Positions 26,165-39,875 of a stretch of DNA of 64,000 nt are shown one piece after another. The DNA comes from Octopus vulgaris. Its lineage: Eukaryota. Made by a program: the position numbers and the translations under genes. The stretch is from the NCBI GenBank assembly GCA_951406725.2, contig OX597815.1:161696001-161760000 (forward strand), read 5' to 3'. Positions within the stretch are counted from its first letter, which is position 1, and each line of letters begins with the position of its first letter. The notes beneath the pieces are model-generated. The model made no database searches, was not told where the DNA came from, and saw nothing but the letters and a program-made list of their open reading frames with translations.

Positions 26165-27353
26165 AAGAGTATAAAATGGATAAATTATCCTGGCAGATAC
26201 CAAATTATCTCATAAAATGGTATAGATGCTGGCTATCCACAACTGTCCAATTACATAATACTCAGGCTTAAAAAAGATACTGGTACTTGTAAGCTCTACT
26301 TGTTGGATAATTCCTTCTTCCTATTCAGAACTGCAAATATTCCGTAGAGTATATAATTGAAATCCAAGAGGAGAGTGGAGATTAATTTACAACCAAAACG
26401 TTTTTATTAAAAAATTTTTTCTGCAGTATATAACAATGGCTGACATATGTTTCTACTGCAGCAACTACACATTACTCTGTATGCAATTATGCATCCTAGT
26501 TACTGTAATTTCGTCAAGGGTCCATCACTTATGATGTTTTCAAAGTGAACTAATCCAAACAAGCTTCTTGAATTGGTATTCAGTCGAAGGTGGTAGCCTT
26601 ACTTTTTGAATCAAATTGAATTCTTATTTTATAATCTCCTCTACAGGTATTACAGTTGAATTGTGGTTTTAAAATTTTATTTATATTTCAATCAATTGTA
26701 GCAGTTTTGTTTACATTTTACTGTGTGGAGTACATTATTTATTCAGTGCTTTTTAATTTGTTTTGGGTTTATACAGTCCATTAATATTATTGTTATTATT
26801 ATTACTTCAATTATATTTATTAGTATTATTTGTATAAATATCATTAATTATCCCAATCATTATTATAACTAGTATAATTACTATAGATGATAAGTTATGT
26901 CTCTTTAAATCATTAAAGCATTTATTTTGTCCAGTGTAGATATCTCATAGCCTGTTCCTGTCTAGTGTTTATAAGAGTAAATTTAGAAGTGAAAATTTGG
27001 TACATTTCTTCCATACAAAAGTCACATCTATTATTGCTTATTCCATAAGGTTTTGCCTTTGTAATTATTTCCCAAGCAATCGAAAATACTTTGTTACTAT
27101 CTTTTAGTGCCCATATTAGCTTACTAAGGCCAGCAATATTCATTTCATTCCTATTCCTAAACGAACTTAAATAATTGGTAATTCTTGACTTAATATAATA
27201 TGAGTTAGCTTCTATATAGAAATACACTCTATTCTCTGAGGTAATCTTACATCTGTATATAATATTTTTTTGCCTACAATTAGAATTAAGTGGACAGACC
27301 CTGTTCCTTGCACAATTGCATTTAATAGTAATAAAATATTTCGATTGCTTCAA
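26165..27353 (-). pseudogene. Penelope-like element 3' fragment: GIY-YIG endonuclease (26922-27353) plus 3' pseudo-LTR
   Basis: CNC...CPLNSNC..NIIYRC..YI....KSRI...SF...GLSKLIWALK....W.II..AKPY....CDFC.EE; degenerate hammerhead downstream at 26438-26522. Confidence 0.85.
26438..26522 (-). ncRNA. Degenerate hammerhead ribozyme
   Basis: Minus strand: TTGACGA-a-ATTACAGTAACTA..TAGTTGCTGCAGT-a-GAAA-CATATG-TC; C3 is mutated and stem I is eroded. Confidence 0.55.
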
Positions 27354-28522
27354 TGCAAAATTTCAATGTAAACAAAAGTAGGGAAAAATAGAAAACTCAA
27401 AATTGAAATTAAAGTGTCAAATGATATTTATTATGCCAAAAGTTAAAATTTTGAAACTCATACATACATACTTACACATGTGTACATGCATGCGCATACA
27501 CATACACACATTTATGGTGGATTTCCACCTACTTTCTGTTTACTAAATCCCACTCACAAATTACACTATATAACAAAACTTTATTTTCTTTTGTTTTTGG
27601 TCAGTAAGTGCTATTTCCTCTTTGCTTCTATCTAGAAATCAAAGGACACAAATACCATTCCCTTCAAACGTTGCTTTTGTGACCTGGACATCAATATTCT
27701 GAAACTGACCTATATTCCATTACATTTCAGTCAGATTCAAGGCTGAGTTTCTGAAGCAGAAATATCATTACAGAAAATATTCTACTTAATATCACAGATT
27801 TGCTTGTCAGTTGCTTGACTGTAACAAAAGCAAAGTTTGAAAGAAATACTAACCCTTTAGCATTTAAACCGGCTATATCTGGCCAAAATATTCTACCTGT
27901 TTTATGTTGAAGCTAGCCAAATTCAGCCTCTCACACCTACCCTACCCTACAAATGTTAATTTAAAAATAAACAATCTCATCCTCAAAATTTCAAAGCTAC
28001 ATGACGGAATTTTAAAAATGTGAATAAATAAACATCACTTGACAAAGTAGTCTGAACGCTAAAGGGTTAAGCCATTTTCATACTTTCTAAGGGTAAGCAA
28101 ATAAGAAATAACAGTTGCTGCCCAATAACAAAAGTCGTGTTACAGAGTGTTATTGTGTTATTACTTAATATAAGGCAATAGTAGAAAACATTTATCCAAG
28201 GTGCCATGCAGTGGAATTGAACCCAGAACTATATGGCTACAAAGCAAACACCTTAACCACACAGACCAAGTCTTTGCTCATTTTGATGAACCTATTCTGT
28301 GATATCCCTATTCTAGCTACAATACTTTGGTTACAGTTACCTATAGTACTAATTCAATCAATTTGGTAAAACAAAATCTACTACTACCGCTGGCTGTTCG
28401 TAGACTTCTTTTCTTGACCGCTCCAATCACTAACAATTGCTGTGAATCATTCAAGTCAAAGGGCTTGGTTCCCTCCCAGCCTTTCAAAGAGGTTCCACTG
28501 ATCCTTTTGAGCACTCACTGCT

Positions 28523-29204
28523 TTAACCTGTTTATTATCATAGTTCTCTTTGAATACATTGTACCTTTGTTTCAATTAATTTTGGGAATAATGAACTTAG
28601 TATAATAATTTTGTCATTACTAAGCTGGCAGTACAAGGCAGCAAGCTGGCAGAATCGTTAGCATACCAGGCAAAATGCTTACTAGTATTTCATCCATCTT
28701 TACATTCTGAGTTCAAATTCCACCAAGGTCGGACTTTGCTTTTCGTCCTTTTGGGGTCAATAAAATAAGTATCAACTATGATTGGTATAATTTACTTACC
28801 CCTCTCCTGAAATTTCTGGCCTTGCGCCAAAATTTAAAACCATTATTATTATTATCAGTAAGGCATTGACCTGGCAGAATCATTTGAACACAGGGCAAAA
28901 TGCTTAGTGGCATTTCATCTGTCTTTATGTTGTGAATTCAAATTCCACCAAGGTCAATTCTGCCTTTCATCATTTTTGGATCAATAAAATAAGTACCAGA
29001 GTACTGGGGTCAATGTAATCAATTTACCACTCTCCCAAAATTGCTGGCCTTGTGCCAAAATTTGAAAGCATTATTAACTTGGTACATGTTACATAAAGTA
29101 ACATGAAATTTTGATGGAAGATATTGATTTAGATTACTTTAAAACAGCGAATTTGTTTCATGGAACCAGAAGTAGTCTCAGGCAGATTGGTACCAAAAGG
29201 TTAA
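28523..29204. mobile_element. piggyBac-type MITE (family 1) carrying two nested SINE B copies (28637-28842, 28861-29070)
   Basis: TTAACC...AAAGGTTAA ends; internal similarity to the reverse complement of 3740-3959. Confidence 0.6.
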
Positions 29205-29369
29205 TAGGCAATATCAAGTCCTTGACAACTCCATTCTTAGATATCAAACTTCCCAGATTGCACTAGAATTTATATTTAGCCTTTTTATATTTTCAAATTT
29301 GATTTCATGAGCAGTCTTTTCTGAAATTCTTCATTATTTTCTGTGAGGAGAATTATTCCATTTAGTACA

Positions 29370-29773
29370 GGCGCAGGAGTGGCTGTGTGGTAAGTAGCTT
29401 GCTTACCAACCACATGGTTCTGGGTTCAGTCCCACTGCGTGGCACCTTGGGCAGGTGTTTTCTACTATAACCTCGGGCCGACCAAAGCCTTGTGAGTGGA
29501 TTTGGTTGACAGAAGCTGAAAGAAGCTTGTTGTATATATGTATATGTATCTATATATATGTGTGTGTGTGTCTGTGTTTGTTCCCCCAACATCGCTTGAC
29601 AACCGATGCTGGTGTGCTTATGTCCCTGTAACTTAGCAGTTTGGCAAAAGAGACCGATAGAATAAGTACTAGGATTACAAAGAATAAGTCCTGGGGTCGA
29701 TTTGCTCGACTAAAGGCGGTGCTCCAGCATGGCCGCAGTCAAATGACTGAACCAAGTAAAAGAGTCAAAAGAG
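29370..29773 (+). mobile_element. SINE family A, well-preserved full-length copy
   Basis: Pol III A-box-like TGGCTGTGTGG, B-box-like GGTTCAGTCCC, CORE-like ACCTTGGGCAGGTG, internal TA/TG tract, AAAAGAG tail. Confidence 0.92.
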
Positions 29774-30256
29774 AATAGAAAGAAGTGAAATGATATCAAA
29801 ACCCTGAGGAATTCTTTACTACTTGCACAATAAATTTCCACCAGAATTCATTGTCAACCCTAATACTGCTTCCCCCACACACAGTTTTACATGGCTTACA
29901 CACATCTCGTAAACCAATCCTTTATTCAGTTTCTTTAGGGCCCACCTGACTACCAAGTGTGAAACTCTGCTAAATACTTTCTCTTAGATGAACAGATACA
30001 ATACAAAATGAATTAAATAAATTGATTTATTCTGAGCTGTGAATTTGAGTTGTGTATCTTGAAAGAATAGCTGATATAGTCCTATTATCTTGGCACAAAC
30101 TCAAACTACATATTTTCCAAGCTAACCCAATGAACTTCATTAAAATTGCTGAGTTGCAATCCTTATATAGATCATGCAAGTCAGGCGACTGAAGAAATGT
30201 ATTTTTAAAACTAGTCACAGCCAAGCTATACATAAAAATATATATGTATTTAGTTT

Positions 30257-30292
<36 letters not shown>

Positions 30293-30332
30293 ATGTGTGT
30301 GTATGTATGTGTATGTATATATGTATTTGCTT

Positions 30333-30369
<37 letters not shown>

Positions 30370-30408
30370 GCATGTATATATATATGCATGTATATATATA
30401 TACATATA

Positions 30409-30454
<46 letters not shown>

Positions 30455-30825
30455 GTAATAAATAAAATATATGCATGCATACAAACATATATGTACGTAC
30501 CTACATCTACATGTATATATACATGCATATATAAATATATATACATAAATATATATACATGCATATTATATATATAAATATATATAAATATATATACATG
30601 CATATATAAATATATATATGTATGCATGCATATATTTTATTTATTACATTATTGTCTGACAGCGCGTTCGCGTCAGGGTCGATTCGATTCGTCGTTTCTT
30701 TCCACTTCCCTTCCTCCCAGTTTTGTTATATATATATATATATATATATACACATTATATACATTATATACATACATATTTTATATACATTATATACATA
30801 CATATTTTATATATATATATATATT

Positions 30826-31202
30826 CTTTTACTATGCTGGAGTACCGCCTTTAGTTGAGCAAATCGACCCCAGGACTTATTCTTTGTAAGGACTTATTCT
30901 TTGTAAGGACTTATTCTTTTGCCGAACCGCTAAGTTACGGGGACGTAAACACACCAGCATGGGGTGTCAAGCGATGTTGGGGGAACGAACACAGTCACAC
31001 AAACATATACACACACATACATATATATATACATATATACGATGGGCTTCTTTCAGTTTCCATCTACCAAATCAACTCACAAGGCTTTGGTCAGCCTGAC
31101 GCTATAGTAGAAGACACTTGCCCAAAGTGCCACGCAGTGGGACCAAACTCGGAACTATATGGGTTGTAAGCAAGCTACTTATCACACAGTCACTCCTATG
31201 CC
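30826..31202 (-). mobile_element. SINE family A with a triplicated 17-bp internal unit
   Basis: AGGACTTATTCTTTGTA x3 at 30873-30920. Confidence 0.88.
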
Positions 31203-31238
31203 TATATATATATATATATATATATATAATGTATGCAT

Positions 31239-31269
<31 letters not shown>

Positions 31270-31275
31270 CATATT

Positions 31276-31324
<49 letters not shown>

Positions 31325-32220
31325 AAATATGTATACACATGCACCATACACACACAGACATACACACACAAACACACATGCACACTCACACACACATACA
31401 CACAGATATGCATGCACACACATACACACGTGTGCATGTGTGTTCAGTTATTTGCTTAAAAGTCCATACACACCAGTTAATATTCCAGCATAAATTTATC
31501 CAGTCGTACAGAACAAAACTGGTGTTTTGACGACTTGTAACAGTCTCTAAGGAGTAATAACCTCGAAATTATTTTAGAGCAAGGCGTGACATATATTCAT
31601 ATATAGAATTAATTAATTAATATGTCCTCTGATGTGCTACATTATTCTACTTATACACTAATTACCACATCTACACCACCAGATGATTTACTCTTGATGT
31701 TAATTATTTCACGCACACACACACACACATAAAGACACATAAATACATATATACACACCAACACATATCCACACATATATATACACACACATACACAGTG
31801 TAGACTAAAACTAAGCAAACATCTGTGGTTTTAGACTTGCACTGAAGTCGGATGCTAAACTAGATTTGAATCTTTGAAAAGATGCCAATTCTCTCGTGTT
31901 ATCTTTTATGTTGTTGTTGTTTTTTTTTCAACTTTTAACTTTTTATAGTGATGCATATGAAATATTTAATTTTTTTAATTGATGTTATTACATAAGCTTA
32001 GTCAGCTCTCCTTGATGAGAATTTATGAAGCTAGCTAATTAAGTGAAGCATTTGATTGACATTTCAATATGTGTGCCTCCTGTTGTCTTGTTTATTTTAT
32101 CTGGGCTTTTTTTGTTGTTTTTTTGTGGAGTATATTATTGTCCTTAAGATTAAAGACACACAATGCACCACCCTCACTTTAAAGATAAGAAATTTGTTCA
32201 TCTAGATATGACTGTTGATG

Positions 32221-32470
32221 TGCAGCCACATGGCTTAGTGGCTAAGGTCATTCGATTCATGATTGTAAGATTGTGGTTTCGATTCTAGGACCAGGTGGCA
32301 CATTGTTTTCTTGAGTAAAACACTTAATTTCACATTGATCCAGTCCACTCATCTGGCAAAAATGAGTAATCCAGTGATGGGCCAGCATCCCATCCAGGTG
32401 GGAAATATACATACCATGAAACCAGGATATTGGCCCTTATGAGTCAGTATGACTTGAGGGAACTTTACTC
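32221..32470 (+). mobile_element. SINE family C
   Basis: Matches 42107-42360. Confidence 0.8.
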
Positions 32471-32606
32471 TTTTTTTAGTCCACACTACTGGCAGAAATA
32501 AGTAATTGTGTCACAGACCAATGTCCCATCCAGGAGTGTGTATATGGACCTCAGAAACCAGGAAGCCAGTGCTATGAGTCTATATGACTCAGGAGTCTAC
32601 AGATTA

Positions 32607-32870
32607 TGTGGTGTATGCGGGATATTTGAAGTAAAGGCACCTACTTTCTCTTAGTCGGCGCAGACCTCTCCAGCGGTAACACACCCTTCCACGTGGTCCG
32701 ATCCGAATGCTAAAAATAGCAGCTGCTTTTCCCTTACCTTGTCTAAGTGCTCACACGTCCAGCATTGTTGGCTACCCTGATTAAAAAGGCTCAATCGTCC
32801 CCTGCCTGTGCGTGCATTACTCCTGCACCCTTCTTCCAGTCAGCTCCCCAGCTGCTGACGTCATCCCACA
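32607..32870. mobile_element. Solo LTR
   Basis: TGTGG...CCACA ends; 5-bp TSD GATTA at 32602-32606 and 32871-32875; GC-rich relative to the flanks. Confidence 0.8.
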
Positions 32871-33449
32871 GATTACACTAAGTCAAGTGACTAAATAAAA
32901 TTCCTTTCATTAGCTGAATTTAAAAAGCATTAATGATTGCAGAAAACTGGTGGTTTCTTTCATAGAAATGGAGATAATATATTTCAAAAGAGAATCACCA
33001 TAGAAATCTAAAAGACACTGTCAAGTTAGATGCCTTAAGACAAATTATATATTCTATATATTTACAAACAACCATTGAAATATATTGACACATACTTATC
33101 TGAATATAACTATGTACCTTATTATCTGGCGCACAAGTCAAATTTTTCAGATCAAAATTTACAGCTAAAAATGGCAGGTCCATGATGACTTTGGAGGACC
33201 AAAAATTTTACGTGAAATGCTGAAGGATTTGGAAGGATAGTTGCAATGATTGGATGTTTCCACTACATGTTTACACGATGTACTACATAGATTTGTATGC
33301 TGGAAAATATGGTGAATGCAAGATGAGAATTTACAGAATGTATATCTGCACTCATGACTATATACACAAAACTATATATATGTGTATACCCAAGATTAAA
33401 ATTAGTCTCACCTGTATATGTGAGAACCTGGGGAAGCAGCTGAAATTTC

Positions 33450-34130
33450 TCAGAAATTGTCACATCAACATCGTTAAAACCAGACATTTTGTTGATCTCA
33501 GAAACCTCCAAGTAGCTTGTTTTATCCGATATCCCCATTCCATGGGAGGGCCATATGGGTGATTGTGGAAGGCACATGCATGAGTAATGACAGTCCCATG
33601 ACAACATTGACAAAACAGGGCAGCAATGGACTGTAAGCTTCTGTAGCATGCCAGCAGGCAGAAGTGGTTGCAAGAATGCAGCTGAAGACGCAATACAACA
33701 GAAGACACACTGCTGGAATAGAAGTAAGGCAGAGTCACAATCCTGGCACAAGTAGCAGACAAGGAGGCCACAGCTGACATCAAGGAAGAGGCAAGGAGTG
33801 TGAGCATGTGAAATGACAAATGATCAGAGCTGTTGCTGTTAGTGATGCATACAGGTATGTAATGAAATACATTCTCAGAACGGATATACAAAAGTGGAGC
33901 AAGACAAGGTTAAGAACTAAACTGAGCCTGAGTGTGGACCATAAGCATTCTAAGCTGTTGGAGGTATGTCTAGGTCAAAAAGAAAGAAACAGGTGGTGAG
34001 TAATGTATGATCCACTTAGACAGAATGTAGAGTGTTTGCAGGCCACATCTACAGTTAATTGTGAGATATGGGCATTGATTATGGAAGGTTTAGCATAGAT
34101 AGATCAGAATAAATGAAGTATGAGCTATTG
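33450..34130 (+). pseudogene. Very decayed RTE-like LINE fragments
   Basis: Weak, frameshifted similarity to EM.M.R......RIRNEYIRG and W...A.DR.KW motifs. Confidence 0.3.
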
Positions 34131-34666
34131 GATATGCAACAATAATTTAAGTGCAAATAGGTACAAATAACCATTAAGATAGCAATGAATTGTGCGAGTC
34201 ATGAATGAATGTGCAGAACAGCATCATCGTCATGTTCCTCTTTGTTCTCATCATCATCATCATCCTTGTTATCATCACCATTGTCATCAACATCATCATC
34301 ATCACCACCATCATCATCGATCGATGTTGTCATCATCATTAGCCTCATCATTTAATATCTACTTTACAATGCTTACACAGGTTGGATAAAATTAGTTGAG
34401 GCAGATTTTCTATGAGCAGATGCCCTTCCTGTCAACAATCCTCGCCTGTTTCCAAGTAAGGTGATATTTCCTCATGCCCAGAATATCACAGTATATTGGT
34501 AAAGGACACTGCTTGCATTATGGTAACACAAGGAGACAATAACACGCACACACATACAGACACACACACACACATATATATGTCAAAAGGATGTGTTATA
34601 ACACTATTCCACATATAACAGTCATACCAACAATCCAACATACTTCCATCATCAGCTGCTTCACTG

Positions 34667-35018
34667 ATATCATTATGGTTTTGACACCTAGGCAGTACCA
34701 TTCAATCCAGCAGTGACAACAGCACTAAAAGTGTTGTGTGGGAACAAACATATTGAAATATACATACATATATATATATATATATATGAAAGAAGGTTTG
34801 AAAATGCAATTTTAAAAGATGTTTATTCACCAATATTTTAATGAGCTTGTCAAATTCTTTTTATTTTTTCCCAAGATTTTCCCTTGTAAATTGTTTTATC
34901 AGCTGCCTCGCAGATATCATTATGGTTTTGACACCTGGGCAGTACCATTCAATCCAGCAGTGACAACAGCACTAAAAGTGTTGTGTGGGAACAGACATAC
35001 CGAAATATACATACATAC

Positions 35019-35020
<2 letters not shown>
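34667..35020. repeat. Direct duplication of ~100 bp (34667-34770 and 34913-35020)
   Basis: GATATCATTATGGTTTTGACACCT...GTGTTGTGTGGGAACA occurs twice. Confidence 0.9.
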
Positions 35021-35049
<29 letters not shown>

Positions 35050-35062
35050 AATATATATACAT

Positions 35063-35107
<45 letters not shown>

Positions 35108-35821
35108 TTCCCTTCTCTGGATCTTGCCTTCTCCTATGTTTCCGACGAAGAGCTCCGCTCAAAACGTTAAATCCTCCTTCTTTCCTTCTTTCCTGAGCGT
35201 CCAATAATACTATATTTGTTCCACGTCCTCGCGTTGTTGTGTTTTTTTGTGGCACTGAAACCAAAGCCATGTGGTTGAAAAGCAAACTTGTTATCATACA
35301 GCCATGCATGAACCTATATCAGTATATATATATTTAGTCTTACTGTATAATTAGAACACATAAAGGGGTTGTTCTATTATTTTATTTTTTTTAGCAGCTT
35401 AAAATGGTAATCAAACCAAGTAATTTCATTGCTATTTAACAATTCATCAACGTTCACTCACCTCTCTCTCTCTATCTCTCTCTCTCTCTCAGACTGTAGA
35501 TGATGGTATCAGAAGGTTATTTATAAAAATTGTAAACAAGTATATGACTGACACAACTCACTTGACTATAATAGCACAGGATGGTTGACAGCCCAAAATT
35601 AATTGCTAGAGTGCCAATACAGTGTGGCTCATAAATATATAAATATATTAGAGTAATAAATATACTGATGTAAAAATATATAATCCATAATCCTTAGTCC
35701 AACAAAATATATTCTGTTATACTTACGGCTCATCAGGAACTGAGGGGCAAAATTTAGGAAGAACTAACTTATAATGTATGGTAAGAAGGAACAAAGGAAA
35801 AAATTCAAACACACACACATG

Positions 35822-36039
35822 TATGAGGGAATGCTGAAAAGTTCCTGGCTTTGGGTAAAAGAAAATACAAAATCAGTTACTTATGATTTTATTCAAGATA
35901 CTCCCCTCTCAGAATCACACACTTATTGCAGTGGTCCTTCAGTTTTCCTAAGCCCTGTAAAAGAAGTCAGAACGTTGGGCCTCCAACCAGGCCCTTTGCG
36001 ATACCCTTAAAGCCAGGATCTTTTCAGCATCCCCTCATA
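35822..36039. mobile_element. mariner-type MITE
   Basis: TA-TGAGGGAATGCTGAAAAGTTCCTGGCTTT / AAAGCCAGGATCTTTTCAGCATCCCCTCA-TA; second copy at ~56981-57175. Confidence 0.85.
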
Positions 36040-36239
36040 TTTACACACACATACTTATGTACAGAGTGCATTCAAGAAGTTTTTAATCTTTTTAGGGGAG
36101 GCAGTTATGACTGGGCTACACTATTGTAATTTTAGTATATCATTATTACACATCTAACAAGCTGAACATTTTCATTTCAGATTGAAGGAAATGGCAGTAA
36201 GAGCATTGCATGTCACAGTTCCATCCTGATAACCAACTA

Positions 36240-36435
36240 CTTAACAGAGATGGGCACCAGAATTGTTCCTCACCTTCCCTACAGTTCAGTCTCTGTTCCT
36301 TGTAAGTTTTGGTTATTCCCCAAGCTGAAGGAGCAGTCATTCCCAACTGCAGGAGCAGTTGTTATGAAAATGAGAGAGCCAGCAACAAAGGTTCTAGATA
36401 CCTTCACTTTGGAGGCCTTCACAAGTGGCTGGGTA
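36240..36435 (+). pseudogene. mariner transposase fragment
   Basis: VPHLPYSSVSVPCKFWLFPKLK resembles HPPYSPDLAPCDFWLFPKLK. Confidence 0.75.
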
Positions 36436-36439
36436 ACAT

Positions 36440-36705
36440 CACCAGTGCTTTTCATGTGGTGCCGGTATGAGTGCTTTTTATGTGGCACTGGCATAGGGCT
36501 CTTGCAGGCCAATCTTCTTCATCAGGGGAAGCAGCATTAACACTTTCACTGTGGAGGACGAGTCCTCTTGAGTACAGCAAGGTGCCAGGCATCTCAGTCT
36601 TTCTGCGATCTCCCCCATATGATTCAGTATCCTGAGGTCGTCCTTCAGTACTTCAAACCCATGTCTTCCTGGATCTCCCTCTTCTACCAGTTCCATCCAC
36701 TTTGA
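36440..36705 (-). pseudogene. RTE LINE ORF end plus start of 3'UTR
   Basis: Frameshifted RGRPRKTW..V.KDDLR.LN, followed by GTGCCACATAAAAAGCAC units. Confidence 0.7.
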
Positions 36706-37708
36706 TGGATGGATAAGTGAATGAATGAATGAATGAATAAATAAATGAAACTGCTACGTGCTGTGTATAGACAGTAATTTTGCTGAAGAAAAATAACTCA
36801 AATTTTTAAAGTTGATAGAATGCAGACTGCTTTACATTTATCTGTTAAATATAAGAGAAGACATACATGCTGAATGAAAAATATCAGCCATTTCTATGAA
36901 ACCAATATTTATGCTCCACTTATATTTAACTGTAACATCAAAAGTTGTTATCTATAATATTATAATTTTAAACAATATTTATGCTGCATGCTGCATTTAT
37001 ATAACCTATTTACATTTTTGTTTCATAATGTTATTGTTTGAAATTTATTATTCTTGAAAAATCACACAAAAATGTACTTGAAATTTTCAACGAAATTGAA
37101 CTAGTTTTCTCTGTTGCATTGCAAATTTTCTGACAAATCTATAAAAATAACCTTTATTTTTTTTTTTTTGTTTTCTTTAAATTTAGTTTATTTGTTTAGA
37201 ATGAGTTTCAGAAATAATTACTACTGGGGAAGCTTCTAATGTGTGTGTATGTGTGTGTGTATGTGTGTGTATGTGTGTGTGCTTGCATGTGTATGTGTTG
37301 TGTGTGTGTACATGTGTGTGTGTGTTGTTTGTTGGGTGTTGTGCATGTGTTTGTGTGTGTGCATGTGCGTGAGTGTTTTCATGTGTATGTGTATGTATGT
37401 GTGTCTGCATGCGTGAGTGCATGCATGTTGCATGTGTGCATTGGAAAAATAATGAGAAAATGTTGAAAATGCATTAGATTTTTATACATGATTACATTTT
37501 TGGGTTTAAATACAACAAATTCAGTTTTGAACATAAGGGAGAGTTAGTTGTTCTTTTTTCCATGCATTTGTATATAGATGGAAGTAAAACTACAAAAAAA
37601 AATGCATAATGTGAGTTTTCATATAACAGATACACTGAAACTATATTAGTGTTTAGAAATATTATTGTTTCTAAGTCTCTCTAAAGGTGACTACAACAGC
37701 GGTACTGG

Positions 37709-37828
37709 ATATTAATAGTTATTGCCAAGCTAATATGGCAGTCTGATGGCCTCTTGGAGCTAATCAATGGCAGCTTTCGTCCTATATTTATGGACAGCCA
37801 TATTAGCTTAGCGATAACTATTAATATA
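37709..37828. repeat. Hairpin with ~35-bp arms enclosing half a hammerhead
   Basis: ATATTAATAGTTATTGCCAAGCTAATATGGC / GCCATATTAGCTTAGCGATAACTATTAATAT. Confidence 0.8.
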
Positions 37829-37899
37829 TTAGTGTTTGTTTTCAGAAGGTAAGTTTTAGAAACAAACTTCTTAACTATACAGTAAAGCTTGTACCTTGT

Positions 37900-37962
<63 letters not shown>

Positions 37963-38027
37963 TGTGTGTGCTTGCATGTGTATGTGTTGTGTGTGTGTGT
38001 GTACACGTATCTCTAATTCGTTCTCAC

Positions 38028-38763
38028 TCATCATCATCATCATCACTAAATGTCAGTTGTCCATGTTGGCTTGGGTTGGAAGTTTTGACCAGAGCTGGCA
38101 AGCCGGAGAGCTGCACCAGGCTCCAGTCTGATTTGGCATGGTTTCTATAGTTGGATGCCCTTCATAATGCCAACCACTTTACAGTACGTGCTGAGTGCTT
38201 TTACGTGACACCACACAGGTGTTTTATATGGTGCTGCACAGGTATTTTTACATGGTGCTTTTATGTGGTACCGCATAGACTCTTTTACATGACGCTGCAC
38301 AGGCACTTTCACATAGCACCACAACAAGTACTTTTTATGTGGCACCAGCACAGGAGTTTGCCGGTCAATCCTCTCCACCAGGGAGACTGGACTTAACTTA
38401 ACTCTTCTGCTGTGAAGCAGAAGAAGTGACTACTCTCCTAAATGTGAGTAGCCATGTAGTTTCTCTACAACAAGAACATGTTCTGCTCTAACCTCTTGCC
38501 CCAAACTTTAACCTCCCTCTAGAATACAGAGACCACATCTTCCCTCCCTGAGTTTATTGACTTTCAAGCCACATTGTGACTTCAATAGTGCTAGTGGCAT
38601 GAAAATAACACCCAGTACACACTATAGAGTGGATGGTATTAGGAAGAGTATCTAGCCATTGAAAGCATTTCACAGCAGACACTGGAGTGTGATGCAGTGC
38701 TTGGAGCTATTGGATCCTAGTCAACTGTCCGATTCATACCAGCATGGAACGTGAATGTTAATG

Positions 38764-38794
<31 letters not shown>

Positions 38795-39030
38795 GGTGGA
38801 GGAGGATGTTCATGACAATAACGACAATGACAGTAATGATGATGACGATGATGACAACGATGATGACGAAGAGGAGGAAGAAGAAGATGATGATGATGAT
38901 GATGATAATGACGATGACAACAACAACAATGATGGTGGTGATGGTGATGGTGATGGTGATGACAATGACGATGGTGATGATGATGATGATGATGAGGAAG
39001 GAGGAGGACCATAATTATGATGATGATGAG
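38028..39030. mobile_element. Divergent RTE 3'UTR fragments (38028-38350 minus; 38590-38780 plus) with an expanded GAT-type tail
   Basis: Same tail sequence as 40062-40505; tail repeat extends to ~39030. Confidence 0.7.
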
Positions 39031-39875
39031 CAAGAGGAGGAGGGGATGATAGTTGGGGTACACATGTATATCCTCTACAGCAAGACATCTATTCCCTTCT
39101 CCATTTTTTTCAACATTAGCCTCTCTGTACCTTGCATAAAACCACTCCGCTCACTACTGCATCCCCTCTCAGTCATGGGGTCTTGTCTTGCAAATTACTT
39201 AGTGGTACCATGAAATAAAGAAAAATTACCCAGTACATTCTGTAAAGTGTTTGGCAATAAGAAGGACATCCAGCCATATCACAAAAACCATACAAAAGTA
39301 GACACTGGCGAGCAATGAGACCCTCTTGTTAGTCAGATCCTGTCTAACCATCCAACCCATGTTAGCCTGGATTATGGAGGTTAAATGATATTGAGGATGA
39401 TGATAATGATGATGATGATGATGATGATGTGTTTGTACATGTATACAGATACGGCATGGTTGTGTAGCTAAGAAGTTTATTTCTTAACCAAGAAGTTTCT
39501 GATTTGGTCCAGTTGCATGGCATTGTGGGTATCTTTTTACTCTAAGCAGGGAGTTGGCCAATCCATTTTGAAAAAATTTGGTAGACAAAAACTGCTGAAA
39601 TTTCATTGTATGTGTGTTAGTGGTGGGGGGGGGCTGTGTGTGTGTGTTTAAGTTACTATGCTGACATTCTATACTTGTCATAAGTCAAGCAAAGCAACAC
39701 GGTGCTGACATTCCTTACTGATAATATAACTGGTTGCTCTGCACTTCTGAAGATCTTAGAAATATAGAAACAAAAATCCCTTACGAAGGCAGTGTTAGCA
39801 TATCAGACAAAATGCTTATCAGCATTTCCTTTGGCCATTTCCATCAAATTCTGCTGAAGTTAATTTTTATCCATA

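Noticed and set aside
29370-29440. tRNA genes
   Set aside because: These are tRNA-derived SINE heads continuing into SINE bodies, not complete cloverleaves.
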